DNA from: Lytechinus pictus
Lineage: Eukaryota
Reading direction: 5' to 3'
DNA: 64,000 bases
NCBI RefSeq assembly: GCF_037042905.1
Contig: NC_087247.1
Location: forward strand, 6,572,001 to 6,636,000
The notes under the pieces were generated by a model. The model saw nothing but the letters and a program-made list of their open reading frames with translations. It was not told the origin of the DNA and made no database searches. Both the position numbers and the translations under genes were made by a program. Of this stretch, positions 13,496 through 28,182 are shown one piece after another. The first letter of the stretch is position 1. Each line of letters begins with the position of its first letter.

Positions 13496-14059
13496 GATGG
13501 TACGAGTCTTGACCTACAACTCCGACTAAATCATTGGAAAAGAAGATAGAAAAAAATGTAGTCAATGACACATTAATAAAGTCCAGATTCTTGCAATGTG
13601 TTCAACAAAAAACAGTTAGATATACAGGACCCACAATATGGAACTCATTACCAACTTCTATTACGGAGAATGTCTTTTTGAATACTTAAAAAAAATCTTA
13701 AAGTTTATTTGTTATCATATTAATTTCATTTCAATTTAATTTTAGCCTATATTAATTTCGAATTCTACCTGAGAGAGAGATGGGGTAGGGGGAGTGGGGG
13801 ACAGGGAGTGGGGAAAGGGTGGCAAGACGTTGAATTCAAATATATGCGCCATCTAATATTATCATTATCATTATTATATTTGTATTTTGTTAACTTTTGG
13901 ACTCCTACCATTTACAAGCTTTTAAAAAAAAGCTTTCTACAAGTGTTCAATTTTCCATTTATTTCTCTTATTTATAATATTCATTTGCTATGCTTATTTA
14001 TTTGATCTATTTTTTTGTACATACATACCCAAAGTTCTTCTGACACTGATCACACAACA

Positions 14060-14815
14060 CAGCTTTTAAGCTAGCTAACAAGCATGTTAACGACCTCATA
14101 GTTAAGGCTAAGCAAAAATACTATACGGACTTACTCTGTAGAGCTAATGTCAAAACAGTTTTTAAAGTTGTTAATAATCTGCTCCACAAGAATGTTAAAG
14201 GACAAGTCCACCCCAACAAAAAATTGATTTGAAGAAAAAGAGAAAAATCCAACAAACATAACACTGAAAGTTATGGCATTTTAAAGTTTCGCTTAATTTC
14301 ACAGAACAGTTATATGAACATCCTGGTCGATGTGCACATGAGGAGACTGATGACGTCATCCACTCACTATTTCTTTTGTATTTTATTATATGAAATATTC
14401 TAATTTTCTCCTCATTGTCAACTGAAACAACGATCAATTCCTCTCTGAACATGTGGAGTTAGCATTGTTTAATACTATATGGTTCAGTCAAGTTTGTCCT
14501 TATTGTCAAATCTGTAAAAAATGAAATATTGTATAATTCAAACAATAAAAAACAAAATAGTGAGTGATGGACATCGTCGGCTGTCTCATTTGCATGTCAC
14601 TGAGTTGTGCATATCACTGTTTTTTGAAAAATAAGCGAAACTTTTAAATGTCATAACTTTCTTATTTTACATCCAATTTCGATGAAATTTTCAGCGTTAT
14701 GGTACTTTGAGTTTGATTTTCTCTATTTATTCAAATCAACAATTATCTGGGGTGGACTTGACCTTTAAATTTCTCCCTGTGTATGATATTCCTCTTGATC
14801 TAGCAAATCATTTTA
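14060..14815 (+). mobile_element. L2/CR1-group LINE ORF2 fragment split by a Kolobok-like element (14199-14764)
   Basis: TTAA|AGGACAAGTCCACCCC ... GGGGTGGACTTGACCT|TTAA. Removing it restores the frame LANKHVNDLIVKAKQKYYTDLL...FKVVNNLLHKNVKFLPVYDIPLDLANHF. Confidence 0.75.
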
Positions 14816-16552
14816 CTTGAATTTATTTGTCTGGGATACCGAGTGTGATATTTTGACGCGAGATATGGTGATTTAGGTAAGAAAGTTTCACCTTTTATAA
14901 TTTATTCGAGATTTTGCCCATGTTGCCGGATGATTTTGTAGTTGGGAGTGAGCTAGTGAATGTGTGGTGTACATGTCTAGAGTGTGTTGGTGATTTCAGT
15001 GGTATATTGCTGAGTCTGCTTAACGTGCCGCACACCGAACCCTGGCTACGCACCAACGCAGTTACTCTAGTCTAGATTCTATTCTTGATGATCAAGTTTT
15101 AATAATTTGTCTGATTGCTCTTTTGCCTTGGAGCTCTTGACTAGCCTGGAGGCGTCTGGGGAGTGAAAGTAATGTATACAAACCATGTATACCATGTATA
15201 CAAACATGGTGCAAAATGCTCATCAACAGTTTTTACTCTTTCCTTTTTAATAGTTACTCCAACAGAAAATAAAGCATATTACATTCATTCAACTGTTACA
15301 AAAATTATAAATAAATGAATTAATTATATTTCATATTAAATGATGTACTGCACAGGTTCTTGTAAACCCCCAAAGATTACACTATACAGTAGTATGTGTG
15401 TTACTGTACTGTTTTTTTTTGCAAGAAATTCAATTAAATCTAACATTCATAAACTTTTCCTTTTGACCTACATGTATTAGAGACCTGCATGTCGGAAGAA
15501 ATACTCCTCTTTGATGTTTGATGTTAGATTTTTCACCTTTGATATAACATATTAGACTTCTTATTAATATATATGTACATGTATTATGTTATTAATGTAT
15601 TATGTTATTAATCACAGTAAAATGTGCGACACATGGATAAACAATTATCCAGCAACCCTTAGGTGGGCAGAGGCATAACATGGAATGTAATATCCAGTCC
15701 AGCATGGGTGCACCAATGGCAAATAAGGTTTTGGCCATTTCCCATACGGTTAATCTCTAATTTCTTTGCTCTATTGCAGGATTTCGAATTACCTATGACA
15801 ACACACAAAAAATATTGTGAGGCGGCATGAAGGTAGCAAGAAGGCCCGAGATGGGATTAATATATGGACGACCATATTTGCGGCCGAAGATATGGTACCA
15901 TTTACGGATACTTGTGATGATAGTGATACCACAATACCTGCATCACAAATCCCATTGGAGCACCTCCTCCAAACACAACAGGATCTTAGTGCACTGCATA
16001 AAGCCATGCTGTTTCAAATACAGAGAATACTAGCTGAGAATTTTGCGACATTCAGAAGGCCCAAAGCTCAAGATCGACAACATCAAAATGAATCCTCCGA
16101 GAAAACCAAACTGGTAGGTGATCTTCTTATAATAATGATATTGGTCATGCATCTATATGAAGTCATATGTAGATGTACTGTAGAGGAAGAGGTGAGGGGT
16201 CCAAAACATGCAAAAGGAAATGGTACTAGGAACTTATCTACAAAGAAATTGAAAAGACAACTACCATCATCCCATCAAGCTTGCCGCTCCCACCTTTCTT
16301 TACCTTTCCTTCTCCCAAGTCCCTACCCTCCTCTCTCCCGTCTTACATGTACATGTACATGTATATGTGCAATATGCACAATCATAGCTTACTAATAAAG
16401 GGAACAAAGATGTCACATTCTATTTCTAATTCAAAGTAATATAAAAACTTTGTTTTTTCTCCCAACGATGATTGACTTAACCTTCAACAGCTGAAATCCT
16501 CACTAACTTACGATGATCCAATATGAGCAAAATAATGAATTATTCAAAATAA

Positions 16553-16916
16553 TTCTAATAATAATAATAATAGCTTTAGTTTTTATATACATGTAGCACT
16601 TTACCGGAACGACTTGCTTTACAGCATACATGTATCATTGCCTTTGCCATTGAATTCATTTCAATCCCACCCAAAAAATGCACAATTTCTACTCTCTAGG
16701 GAGCATTCCTTGCATTTATCGCACCCTCATAATGCTGGCAAATTCAAATACACAACTTTCGCATCCTACCTGATATACATTTAGCACCTGAGTCAAGATT
16801 GGCAAACTGGGGATTACATGTACCGCTTTCCAAAGGACGCTAGACCGCGGTGGGATTCCAACGTACGACCTTCTGTTTGCAAGGTGTGAGTCAGAAGCAC
16901 TACACCATGACTCTTC
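16553..16916 (-). mobile_element. tRNA-derived SINE
   Basis: Minus-strand head with A-box-like TGGTGTAGTG and B-box-like GTTGGAATCC, ending in a (TAT)n tail. Confidence 0.6.
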
Positions 16917-17999
16917 TACAATTAATAATTTCTTGAAATAAAATACAAAAGAAAAAAAATGTCTTCCTAATTTTCATACTTGCTTTATTGCTCACTTCAT
17001 TGCTTTGTATACCTACAGTACATGTAAAAAATCTTGCATTTATACTTTACATTTGGGTTGGATAAAACTTTGTGTAAAATATGCTTTTTATTTATAACAT
17101 CCACATGTACTTATTGTTATGGTCAACTTGGTTTTTCATCAGTTCAATGTCAATGAAGAAAAAAGGTTCTTTAGGCCTTCACAAAAAAAAGACAGGGAAG
17201 ATGGACTATAAAAGACAGAAGTATGCAAAAATCAGATCATTCTTACATGCCTTAAAAACCCTCTAATATTTCTTTATCAAAAATCTTCAGGCCCACATTG
17301 GTGCAATGGAGGAGAATCCTTCTAAATGTGGAGGGGTCATTGCAGTGATGAAACAAATCAACAAGTATGTTCCCCAAAGAGAAGATGACATCTACCCAAT
17401 TATTCTACACAGCGATGGAGGCGCATTCATTCATGGAGTAAATGGGAAACGAGCGCTGGCACACCTGGCAAATTCTATGGACAGGCTTGATGGCCTCATT
17501 CCCACTGCGCAAGAGTTCCATAAACGAGGAATTTTGATAACGGTAAGTACATGCATCAGTAAGAAGATTCACCAACTTTTTTTGGGGGGTTAACTCCAAA
17601 GCCTAAGTTTTACAAAGTGAAATATTCATATTAATACAATTTAGTGACTTTTTTATATTAAGACCTACCATAAGAATTTCAAAAATAATGTTTGTTTTAC
17701 ATTGGCTGCTTCATTCACATTTAAGTCCTTACATTGGACTTAAATGTGAATCAAACCTTGTATAAATGTTAAAGTATTTTGTATAAAAGTAGAAAATATA
17801 CACAAGAGAGGTGAAAGTTATAAAACAAATCTGACAAGAGGAAAAAAGAAAATGTTGTGATATGCAACAAATACTTGACCAAATTAAATTAGATTTTTTA
17901 TTATTTGCAGGTCAACAGATCAGACAATAAAAACAATTATCTTACATATCTTGAAGAGTCAGTACTGGTTTTTCCTGAATTTAATCAAAAGAAAATCCA

Positions 18000-20900
18000 A
18001 CTTGGCTGGCAAGTGGCAATGATTCCTTAAAGTCCATAATGCTGGCGATGATGAAATTGATGTTGAAACATGATGGATAATTGCACTCACTGTAGTGATC
18101 ACTGACGTCGGGATGAACGGACGTGTGTGACGAAGCCTCCGCCAAGCATACAATTAACAATTGTCCAGATAATCTTGACCATTATGGGTGGACCCGATAG
18201 ACCAAGACGAGGAAAGGGGGGATCGTTGGCCGATAACTCCCCTAAGCCCAAGCGTCCCTCTCCCGCTGACAACTCTGCTGCCCAAAATGACGACACTGAC
18301 GGCGACGACTCCACACTATCCAATGCTATCCAAGCAGCCATCAATAAACTACTCACCAATGAGAATTTTATATCTAAGCTGGTTTCGGCTATCAAGACAA
18401 AGCTGCTGGATGAGATATGTGAATCTCTGAGATCGGAAGTGAGAGACTCGTTGAAATTTGACATTGACAACGCCAACGACAAAATGGCGTTGCTCGAAAA
18501 ACGAGTAGATGTCGTCGAGGACGCCATGGACGAAGCAGAGCAGTACTCTCGAAGAAACTGCCTAATCTTTGCTGGTATCAACGAGACGCAAGACGAGGAC
18601 GTGGAGAGGAAAATAGTGAACATATGTAAAGAGGACCTCGGGGTAACCATCAATGAAAGCGACGTCGACAGATGCCACCGACTCGGGAGCCCAAACAACA
18701 AAGGACAGAAAACTCGCAAACAACATCGGGACGTCATCGTAAAATTCACGAACTATCGGAAGAGAGACTCCATCTACAAGGCTAGATTCAACCTGCGAAA
18801 GTCATCGAGTAAGTCAAAGCATATTTATATCAATGAAAGCCTAACACAGAAGCGGAATAAACTATATTGGAAAGTCAAGAAAAGTCTCAGAAGCAATGAT
18901 TACAAACTCTGGACACAAGATGGTAAAATAATTGTCAAAAAACCAAACGGCGAAAAGGTGTCTATTGCCAGTGAAAAGGACCTGTCCAAAGTAAACTGAA
19001 CACTCGAACTCTATACAGACTGTCAAAGCTAGAGGTAAATCGTGGTGTTTATTGTCATATAGCTTTGTCTTTGTTGAATGTTGTTGTTTTCTTTATTTTT
19101 AAAGTATTGTTATTTTGTTTTATGTGATTTTGGTTAACGACGCTCATTCTTCGTTATTAACCTTCTTGTTTCATAGTATATTTCATGTTATTGCATGTTA
19201 TAGATTATCCCAGTACCGAAGAGTGGTGAGTCAAGTGACATCGGCAATTATAGACCGATCTCACTTTTGTCATGTCTATCAAAAATACTTGAAAAGGCAG
19301 TACATGCCCAACTTTACGATTATTTACAAGAATACAAACTGCTGTCACAGCGCCAATCGGGTTTTCACCCCAAGCACTCAACCGCAACTTGTTTAATTGA
19401 AATAACTGACTACCTGTTAAATAATATTGATTGTGGCTCAATAACAGGTGCGATATTCCTTGATCTGAAAAAAGCCTTCGACGTAATATCTCACGAAATA
19501 TTGTTTAATATCAAAAATGCCATATTATGGTATAACATCGGTCGAATTAGACTGGTTCTCATCATACCTAACAGATAGACAGCAATGTGTCTCGTTTCAA
19601 GGCGTCCAGAGTGATTTTTTACAGATCTATTCAGGTGTGCTGCAAGGGTCAATTTTGGGCCCCCTGATGTTTTGTTTATTTCTAAATGATATTTGTAACT
19701 TGAAATTTAGTAATCAAATCAAGATTGCACTTTACGCTGACGACACGGCTCTGTTTTGTAAAGGAAATAATTCAAAAAGCACTCAGAAAAAATTACAAAA
19801 ACATTATGATTTACTGTGCAAATGGTTTGAAATAAATAATATGGAAATCAATGCAAAGAAAACCAAAGTGATGGTTTTTGGGACGAAACATAAAACTAAG
19901 AATCTAAGTATGAATATCTTTCACGGAAGAGAATACCTTGAGAATGTTTCTGATATCAAATATTTAGGGGTAACCCTTGAACAAAGTCTAAGTTGGACAC
20001 CGCACGTCTTTAATCTAACTAATAAAATCAACCGGGCTATTTCATGCATTAGAAGGATTAAATGTTACTTGAATCGACGCATTCTCAAGCACCTTTACCA
20101 TGCTCTTGTTCTCCCACATATAGATTATTGTTCAGTTGTTTGGGGTAAGTGTAAAAAGAAAGATTTGCTCAAATTACAGAGGACGCAAAACAGATATGCT
20201 AGATTAGTCATCAATGCAGACTATCGTACCACAAAGGATTTCCTTTTAAACAATCTTCAATGGCAAAGTATTGAAACTCGCATCAACTACCACTACTCTA
20301 TTTTCGTATTCAAAATACTCAATAATCTAGCCCCACACTATTTAGAATCTTTTGCCTGTAAACGACCACTCTTTTATGTTACTCGTCATTCTACCCTAAG
20401 TCCTCTATTTATTCCGAAACCTAGGACAGAATTTAAAAAGCGATCTTTTTCTTACATCGCTCCAAATATCTATAATAATCTACCGACTCATATACGTACG
20501 GCAACTTCACTCCAAATGTTTAAAAGTCAAATCAGGCCACTCTCTTTATTGTTTTAATGCATGCACTGGTCCTATTTATAATGTCTTTTGCCATGATGTT
20601 AATATATTTTGTTTTTGTTTTAATGTTATCGTGACGTTTTTTTTTCTTTTTGGTTTTATATATTTGTGATACTTTACGTATTTTTTGTTTGATTCATTTT
20701 ACCTTTTGTTCTATTATTTGTCCTTATATGCTACCTGCTTTATGCCATTTTATATCAATAATTTTCAAAGTCTTTTAAATTGTCAATTTTATAACTTATT
20801 TATAAATATAAATTTTACTTAGTTTAATTTTAGTCACACGTTATTAAAGTAATTTCCTTTATTTCTATGATTTTGTCTTGATTTTAATCTAGGTTTTTAA

Positions 20901-21109
20901 TTTTTGTTTTGATTCATTTAATGTGATATCATTGATATGTCATGTAATTTTGATTGTGTATTGTATTTTACTTTATATTAATTGTATTTCATTTATTTTG
21001 TAAATCTTTCTATGTCTACAGGGCTCTTTTGTAAAGCAGGCCTTTGGGCTCTGAAAGGACTACCCTGTTTTTAAATAAAACTGAATAAATAAATAAATAA
21101 ATAAATAAA
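18000..21109 (+). mobile_element. L2-group (Crack/Daphne-like) LINE with intact ORF1 and internally deleted ORF2
   Basis: ORF1 18184-18999 has a coiled coil followed by EQYSRRNCL, DRCHRLG, IVKF, IYINESLT and WTQDGKI. RT remnants at ~19220-20557 include GNYRPISL, QSGF, DLKKAFD, QGSILGP and YADD, with a frameshift near 19510. Tail is (AAAT)n. The 5' boundary is approximate. Confidence 0.85.
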
Positions 21110-24100
21110 TGTCTGTGAAGATGAAGTTGTTGATGATAAACACTCAATTTTAGCAAGCCATTAGTTGACAAATATTGTTTACAACAGGCTGATGATCTGG
21201 ATGAGAACTGAGAATTCCTGTCAAAATAACTGCAAACAGTTAATTTATGGTGTGCAAATATTTCCACAGAAGTTAATTTTATATTCTACGTGAAAATAAG
21301 CTGTGCTCTGACATGAAGTCTACCATTAATTTCTGAGTTCTAATCTGATATGATCCTTGAAGAAAATGCAAGCTTTCATTTATAACTTTCCACTATTCTG
21401 AAAGCTTCTAGTTTTGTCTTTAAAAATAACACTCTCTTTTTTTTTCTAGAGCATTACCTTTCTAGAAGACTCTTGGATGACCTCAGTGAAATTAATGCAA
21501 ACAGCATTTAACCCTACAATGTATTGTCCTTTTTTTTCCACTGCTGGATCTTTATTGTAAATTACAGAAATAACAGACATCATTACACTGTTCTCATTAC
21601 ATATGCCTGCACATAGCAAAGCAAAGCTTAAAGGGACATTTAGACTTTGTGAACAGCTGATTTTAAAACATTCTCAAACATAGATGAAACATGTATGAGA
21701 ACCTGTATTTTTCCTCCTAACCCCCCCCCCCAAAAAAAAAAAAAAACGATAAAAAACTCTGCTTTAGACAGAAGACAGTAGCAATTTATTAGCCTCATTT
21801 TAAGAACCATTACTAAGACACATTCAGCTTATGCCCAGTTTTCCTCAATTAAAGAAGTCTGTTGTATGTAGGCCTACATCTTCCTTTTCTCTTACGTATT
21901 TTAATAGGACTCGATGAAGATGCTCTACTCGGAGGCATCAGCGAGGTGTCCAGGTACTCTCGCGAACATCAAAGAGGAGTATTTCTTCAGACATGCAAGC
22001 AAGGAAGCGATGAAAAGCTTCAACCACACAGAGGAATTTCTGCATTTCAGTGTGGAAGCCTTCATTGTTCTCCTCGCAATGGACATCATGGAAATCAAGA
22101 CGGTAAATTGTGAAAACAAATGAGTACCAAAGGGATGATGTCACAAATATGTTATTTCTTCAATTTCTGCATTTTTGATAGCATATTTTGGAAGTCAATG
22201 TACTGTCGGCATGATTCCAAAAATTAAAAATCAGGCCAATGATTGATTTTAATGGGGCTAATCATAATATAAAAGCTCCTTCAGCACCTCGCAAGAATTA
22301 TTTGTGTGCTATATACAAATCCTATATTATTATTTACCAGCAGCAATTACACATGGCAGCGCAGCACAGGGTATATCATTTTTGTTTATCAAGGTGTGGT
22401 ATAAAAGTATAACGTTAACATGCAAAGAGGGAAATTTGATGATGTCCCATTTGAAAAATAGAGAATTCTTTATTTCCAACAAAAAACAAAATTATAAATA
22501 CATGTGTATGGGGTAGCACCATTCGTATGGCACGATTTCTAATAGCTGCCACTTGTTGACAATATCATAACAACTTTTAATGAGACAAGTACAGGGCCTG
22601 GTGAAATCAAGGTTTGAAAACTGTGATAATGCTACAATGTAGGCCCCGAGTCATTAAGTTTGTTATGAAAAAAATGTTAAAATCCTATAAATAAACAGGT
22701 GGCTGGTGGTGGTTAGAAAAGAGAAACCCTTCCTTGCTGAAATGTCACATTTAGTACATGTACCTTCACATGGATGAAATAACCATCAATGTTCTATATG
22801 ACGTGCATTATGGATTTTAATATACAGTACGACATAAATAGATTCATTATTCATGATTTCTATCATTCTTGGGCCATCAATTGGTATAGAATTTATAACT
22901 TTTCTAAGAATTTTGTAATTTGTGCATAGCCCACTGTTTATTTCTTAATTTATTCTTAATGTGTACCCACAGGTAGATTTTCATGTTAATTGACCGAGTG
23001 TGACATGAACTGAAAGTACCATCATCTTTCATCAACTTTTAAGGAATTATTTCCTTACTTCCACCAATAGGGTGCCAAAATCGATAAATTTTCATGCATT
23101 TAAAAGGCATGTACATATTGACTCAGCCCTAACCTGTAATAACATGCACACTTGTTCACTTTCTTCATCCAGATTGATGAAATTCCCAAGGGATATCCCA
23201 CAAATGGCCCACCACACACAAAATCAGCATATCAACTGAAAGTTGCCATGGAACTACTCCAAAGGATATGGAATCCTATTCCGCAGGATGCCATAGACTC
23301 GGTCACTTCAACACCTAGTAACTCTTCAAAAGTAGTTGCAGCAAATCAGCCGTATCCATACTGCTTTTGCAAAAAGGGTAAATTTGCATTATGAAAAGCG
23401 TTTTGTAAAGGTGGAATAAGAATAAGTTACATATACATGTAGCTTGCCTTAGAAAAATCCCAACTTTATTTAACAGATGATTTAGGTAGAATTTTCAGCT
23501 ATATGCTTGTTTGATCATCTTTTTTCAACTCTTTTTGTTGGCTTAGTACAGGTATTTCTTAGTTCTACGAGTTCATACTTGCCAATCAGACCAATCCCAA
23601 TTTAGACAAATGATAAGTTTTGATGTCAAACTGGTTCTAATAAATGCAGAAAAAAATTCATTACATGCTAATATAGTTTTAAAAAATAAATCCTTGGAAA
23701 GATACAAGAGCTATTACTACCTTGGTTATATCAAATGAAACATAGTCTGTGATTACTTCATGTATATTCAACAAACCTTCAATAATAAATTTATTTTGGG
23801 AACAAACTTGACATCAGGGAAAACTCTTTTTGACACAGAAAATATATAGAAATTATATGGTATTTTCATTTCCCCCCCCCCCCATTTCTGACATCTGTCA
23901 GAGACAGATGAGCCTATGGTAGGCTGTTCGAACGACATGTGCCGAAACGGGCTATTTTTTCATCTCAGCGAAGTTGGACTGACCCCACAAACCGTTCCAC
24001 AGAAAGACGATTGGTATTGTTCCGCTGAGTGTCAACAGACCAAAAGATCGCCCCTCTGCATCTGTGGAGTCAACAAGAAGGGCCACCCAAAAGTGGTGTG

Positions 24101-25130
24101 CTCTAACAATAACTGTCCCTATGGAAAAGTCTTTCATCTCAGCTGCCTGAGATTAAGACAAATGCCAGGTATTTCTTTCTAATTGTAGAATTGAAGTAAA
24201 ATTAACCATGAAAACTTTGTCTTGTCCCATAAGAAGAGGCCTACAGCAAAGAGTTTGATTTAATCTAAATGCAACTAAATTAAGCAAATGCTGCTTCTGG
24301 TATGTTGAAATCAAGTTGCCTTTAATTAATATTAATATCGAAGTAGTTGCAGGAAGCACTGATTTCATGAGAAAGTCTGTAAACCATTGTCATAACATTA
24401 TCCAAGAGATATATAAGGACACATAAATTGAACTAAGATTCAAATCAAGCACATTACGCAATCAATCATTCAAGAATCCTTTTGGCACATATTTTCTCCA
24501 TACAAAGACACTTCATCATTTAACTGGAATCGGTATGAGATTTTACCACAACTGGAATTTGTGTGTACAACTGCAACTCTTTATGTAACAGTTACCTCAT
24601 CATGGATTTGTATGGACATATTTTACTAGTGCTGTGTCATCAACGTTCAATCAAATAATCAAAATCCTTGGGGGAACAATAATTATGTTTAGAGGTATGT
24701 ACAGCTGAGATGTGAAATAACCAAAAATTCTGATATTGAAGAACATTTCAGAATTCAACAGTACCTTTCTAAAAATATATAGAATATCACTCTTTATTAC
24801 ACTAGATGTAGAACTACTAAAGGAAAAGGAGTTACATGTATCTCAATAAATCCCTCCTTTATACTCATATTTCATGTACAGACCCTGATTGGGAATGTCC
24901 AGTATGTACAAACGACACGCCAGAAGCAAGACGAGATGGAATATTACAGTATTCCTTGTGTGTTATATGGGAGGGTCTGCAAGACCTTGTTAGAAGAGAC
25001 GCCATCAGGCACAATAATGGGCCACAAATGTTGGCATTCTGGCAAATAGACATGGGTCAGTTCTGGTCTGCTGGCCATAAGAATTACCTGCTCATGGGCC
25101 ACAGATTACTCACAAGTAAGTTACATAAAA

Positions 25131-26700
25131 CACAATCATTCGACTGAAACAGCCTTGTTAAAGGTTGCAAACGATCTCTTGTTAGCAGCTGACAGTGGAC
25201 TTGAAGCATGTCTGGTACTATTAGACTTCTCGTCTGCATTCGACTGCCTGGATCACAAAACACTCTTCAAGCGACTTGAAACCACTTACGGCATAAATGG
25301 ATCTGCGCTTGAGTGGATTAAGTCTTATCTGTGTGATCGTCTCCAGAAAGTAACAGTAAGGGGTTCTTTGTCACAGACATTCCCTCTCCGATGGGGTGTC
25401 CCACAAGGGTCGGTTGTGGGCCCTTTGCTTTTCACCCTCTACACTGGACCTCTTTGCGATGTGATTGCTTCCCATTATGGCATACATCACGTTATGTATG
25501 CTGATGATACCCAGCTGTATCTTGTTATGAGAGCAGATGACGACGACAGAAATGGTGCCATATATAGACTCACAGAGTGTTTACGTGATATCAAGTCTTG
25601 GTCCGTAACCAACAACTTGAAGCTCAACGAAGCAAAGACTGAAATGCTGCATATATCATCCCGGTTCAGGCAGCAGCGTGATGATCTCTCTCCCCTTGAT
25701 CTGTCGGGAACGTGCGTTCAGAATTCGGATTTTGTCTGTGATATCGGTGTGATCTTAGACAATCACCTTTCTCTTGCACAACACATCCGCAACAAGTGCA
25801 GGACTGCTTCTTGGGGTATAGCTAGAATTGGCCGAATCCGCAAGTACCTCAACACTACATCTACTGAAAAGCTCATTCATGCATTTGTTTCTTCCCATCT
25901 GGATTACTGTAATAGCCTCCTAGCCGGTCTTCCCCAATCCCATATTGCTCCCCTCCAACGGATCCAGAATACAGCAGCCAGATTGGTTACCCGGACTAAA
26001 AACCATGAACACATCACCCCAATCCTGAATTCTCTACATTGGTTACCAGTTCAGCAACGCATTGTCTACAAAATTCTCCTTCTAGTCTACAAGTGTATCC
26101 ATAATCAAGCTCCCTCTTATCTACAGAACCTTGTCTCCCTCCGATCCTCATCAGTTTCATCCGCATCCAGACATCTCCGCTCCCACACCACTGCACATTT
26201 TCAACTGCTGCCCGGACCAAGAACTAAAACCAACTACGGTGACAGATCCTTCTCAGTTATTGCCCCGAAGCTCTGGAACAATCTCCCCATTAATGTACGT
26301 GAGGCATCATCGTTAGAACTGTTTAAGTCTCTCCTTAAAACCCACCTCTTTTAATAAGTTTCACTTGCCTATTTTTCGCTTCTTTTGTTCTGAATGAAAT
26401 TATCCCCCTTAGTTAATTGGCATTATCATATTGTGTTCAGATTTTTAAGTCGGATTGTAAGCTTAGTTATTAGGATTATTTAGATTTACATACATGATTA
26501 TCAACCCGTTATATTTAAGTTGTGTATTACCGATTATCTCTTTATTTGTACGTATAATTAATTTTTCGTAATTTTGTTTTCACTTTCAGTTCCTTTGTTG
26601 TTCTTTTTCTGAGATATCTTGTATTTTCCCCCTTCTTTCTTAGCGCTTTGAAACTTTTGTATAAAGCGCTCTATAAATTTGGTATATTACTATTATTATT
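25131..26700 (+). mobile_element. 5'-truncated L2-type LINE (RT C-terminal half, open frame)
   Basis: Motifs HSTETALLKV, DFSSAFD, GVPQGSVVGP, YADDTQLY, LHWLPV and GDRSFS, with a (TAT)n tail. Flanked by ATAAAA on both sides. Absent from the duplicate copy at ~33960. Confidence 0.9.
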
Positions 26701-28182
26701 ATAAAAAAATGTTTTGTAGTGTGCACAATAAATAATGTGCATGCTTTTTTATGCTTATAATATTTAGAACACATCTTCAATCAAGCTTATTCCAGAGAAC
26801 TAATTCCACAAAATAGACCCTACAGGTGCATTTATATTTGAGCATACATTATCTTTTAATTCAAGCTCTTAAAAACTAGAATTATCACTGAAAGTGACTT
26901 CACCAGCCCACCTTTAATTGGCAGGGGTATGAAATACATGTACTTGTATGCTGCGTTCACAAAAAGAACAAACTCGTCTATTCCCAGCCAGTTTACTATA
27001 TCTGCTAAACGGACTGGGACAAATTAACGAGTGTTGGTGTCTTTCTATCTATGTGATCTTAAGCCAAAGGCCATGGATTATGCACATTATCTAGATACTT
27101 TACTTTATTTAACTCATAAGAAAGGTGTTTATATCTACTGAAATTTGTACAGAGACCACCTCATATAAGTTAAAGATGAAACATATTAAAAAAAAAGAAT
27201 CTGATGGGTTCAAAGTAAAGAAATGTTCAGATTTTGGATTTCTATGAAATTATCTGAAAAGACATACACTTCTCATGCATTTTCATTTTTCAAAGGTATG
27301 GCAGGCTGGGAGAAGGCCAGAATAAGACACGACCTTCAATGGAACCGAACCGCGAATCTCCAAGGGATCAAGGGAAAGTGTCTCCCACTTGACAGAGTGT
27401 GCGAAATCCTTGACAAATCATCGAAAGGTATGTAATACACATACATTTTGGTAATGTTCCCAGACTGAGGAACTACATGTACATGTACTACCAAATTTTC
27501 TTGTCAGATATTTGTAAATAATCACATATACTGACCATATCAATTCAACATATATCAAGACTGAAGACAGCCCCTGACTGTACACCTCCAACAGACTTTC
27601 ATAGAAGCCAGCGTAGGAAGTACATGAGGCTGATGGGTGATTTTGCACTCATGACAGCCCAATAGCCCCTAAAATTCCCCCAAGATGCATGCTTTGGTGA
27701 GACCATTCTTTCTAGAGTCACTCCAAGATCCATTCCAAACAATATTCAAGATTTAGACAAATCAATAATCTAACTGCGGCAGAAGAATATCTGTTTTTAT
27801 TGCACAATTTTCACTCCTAAAGGTAACCCTTCAAAAGAAAGAAATAGCACTCCCCCCCCAAAAAAAAAAAAAAAAAAAAAAAATCAGAAATCACCCTGTG
27901 TGGAAAAGAAAAATGGCCCTTTCAAAGTAATTATTATTTCCTACCATAAAAGAAGGTCATGCTGAAAACACCAAACTTCCTCATCATTTTATGGCTCTTT
28001 AATCCAGTTTATTTTATGTGATATACATTTTAAAATTTCAACATTTGCTACAATGACAGGCAATTTGGCAAGATCAATGACACCAAATTTAATGAAAATA
28101 CATGAATTTAGTATGGGATAATGGGTCCATTGTACAAAGTAGTGCTCTCTTTCTATACCTTTCATTAATATTAAACATGTAT

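Noticed and set aside
15615-15730. Possible additional upstream transposase exon
   Set aside because: Stops in the plausible frames and no convincing donor; it cannot be supported.
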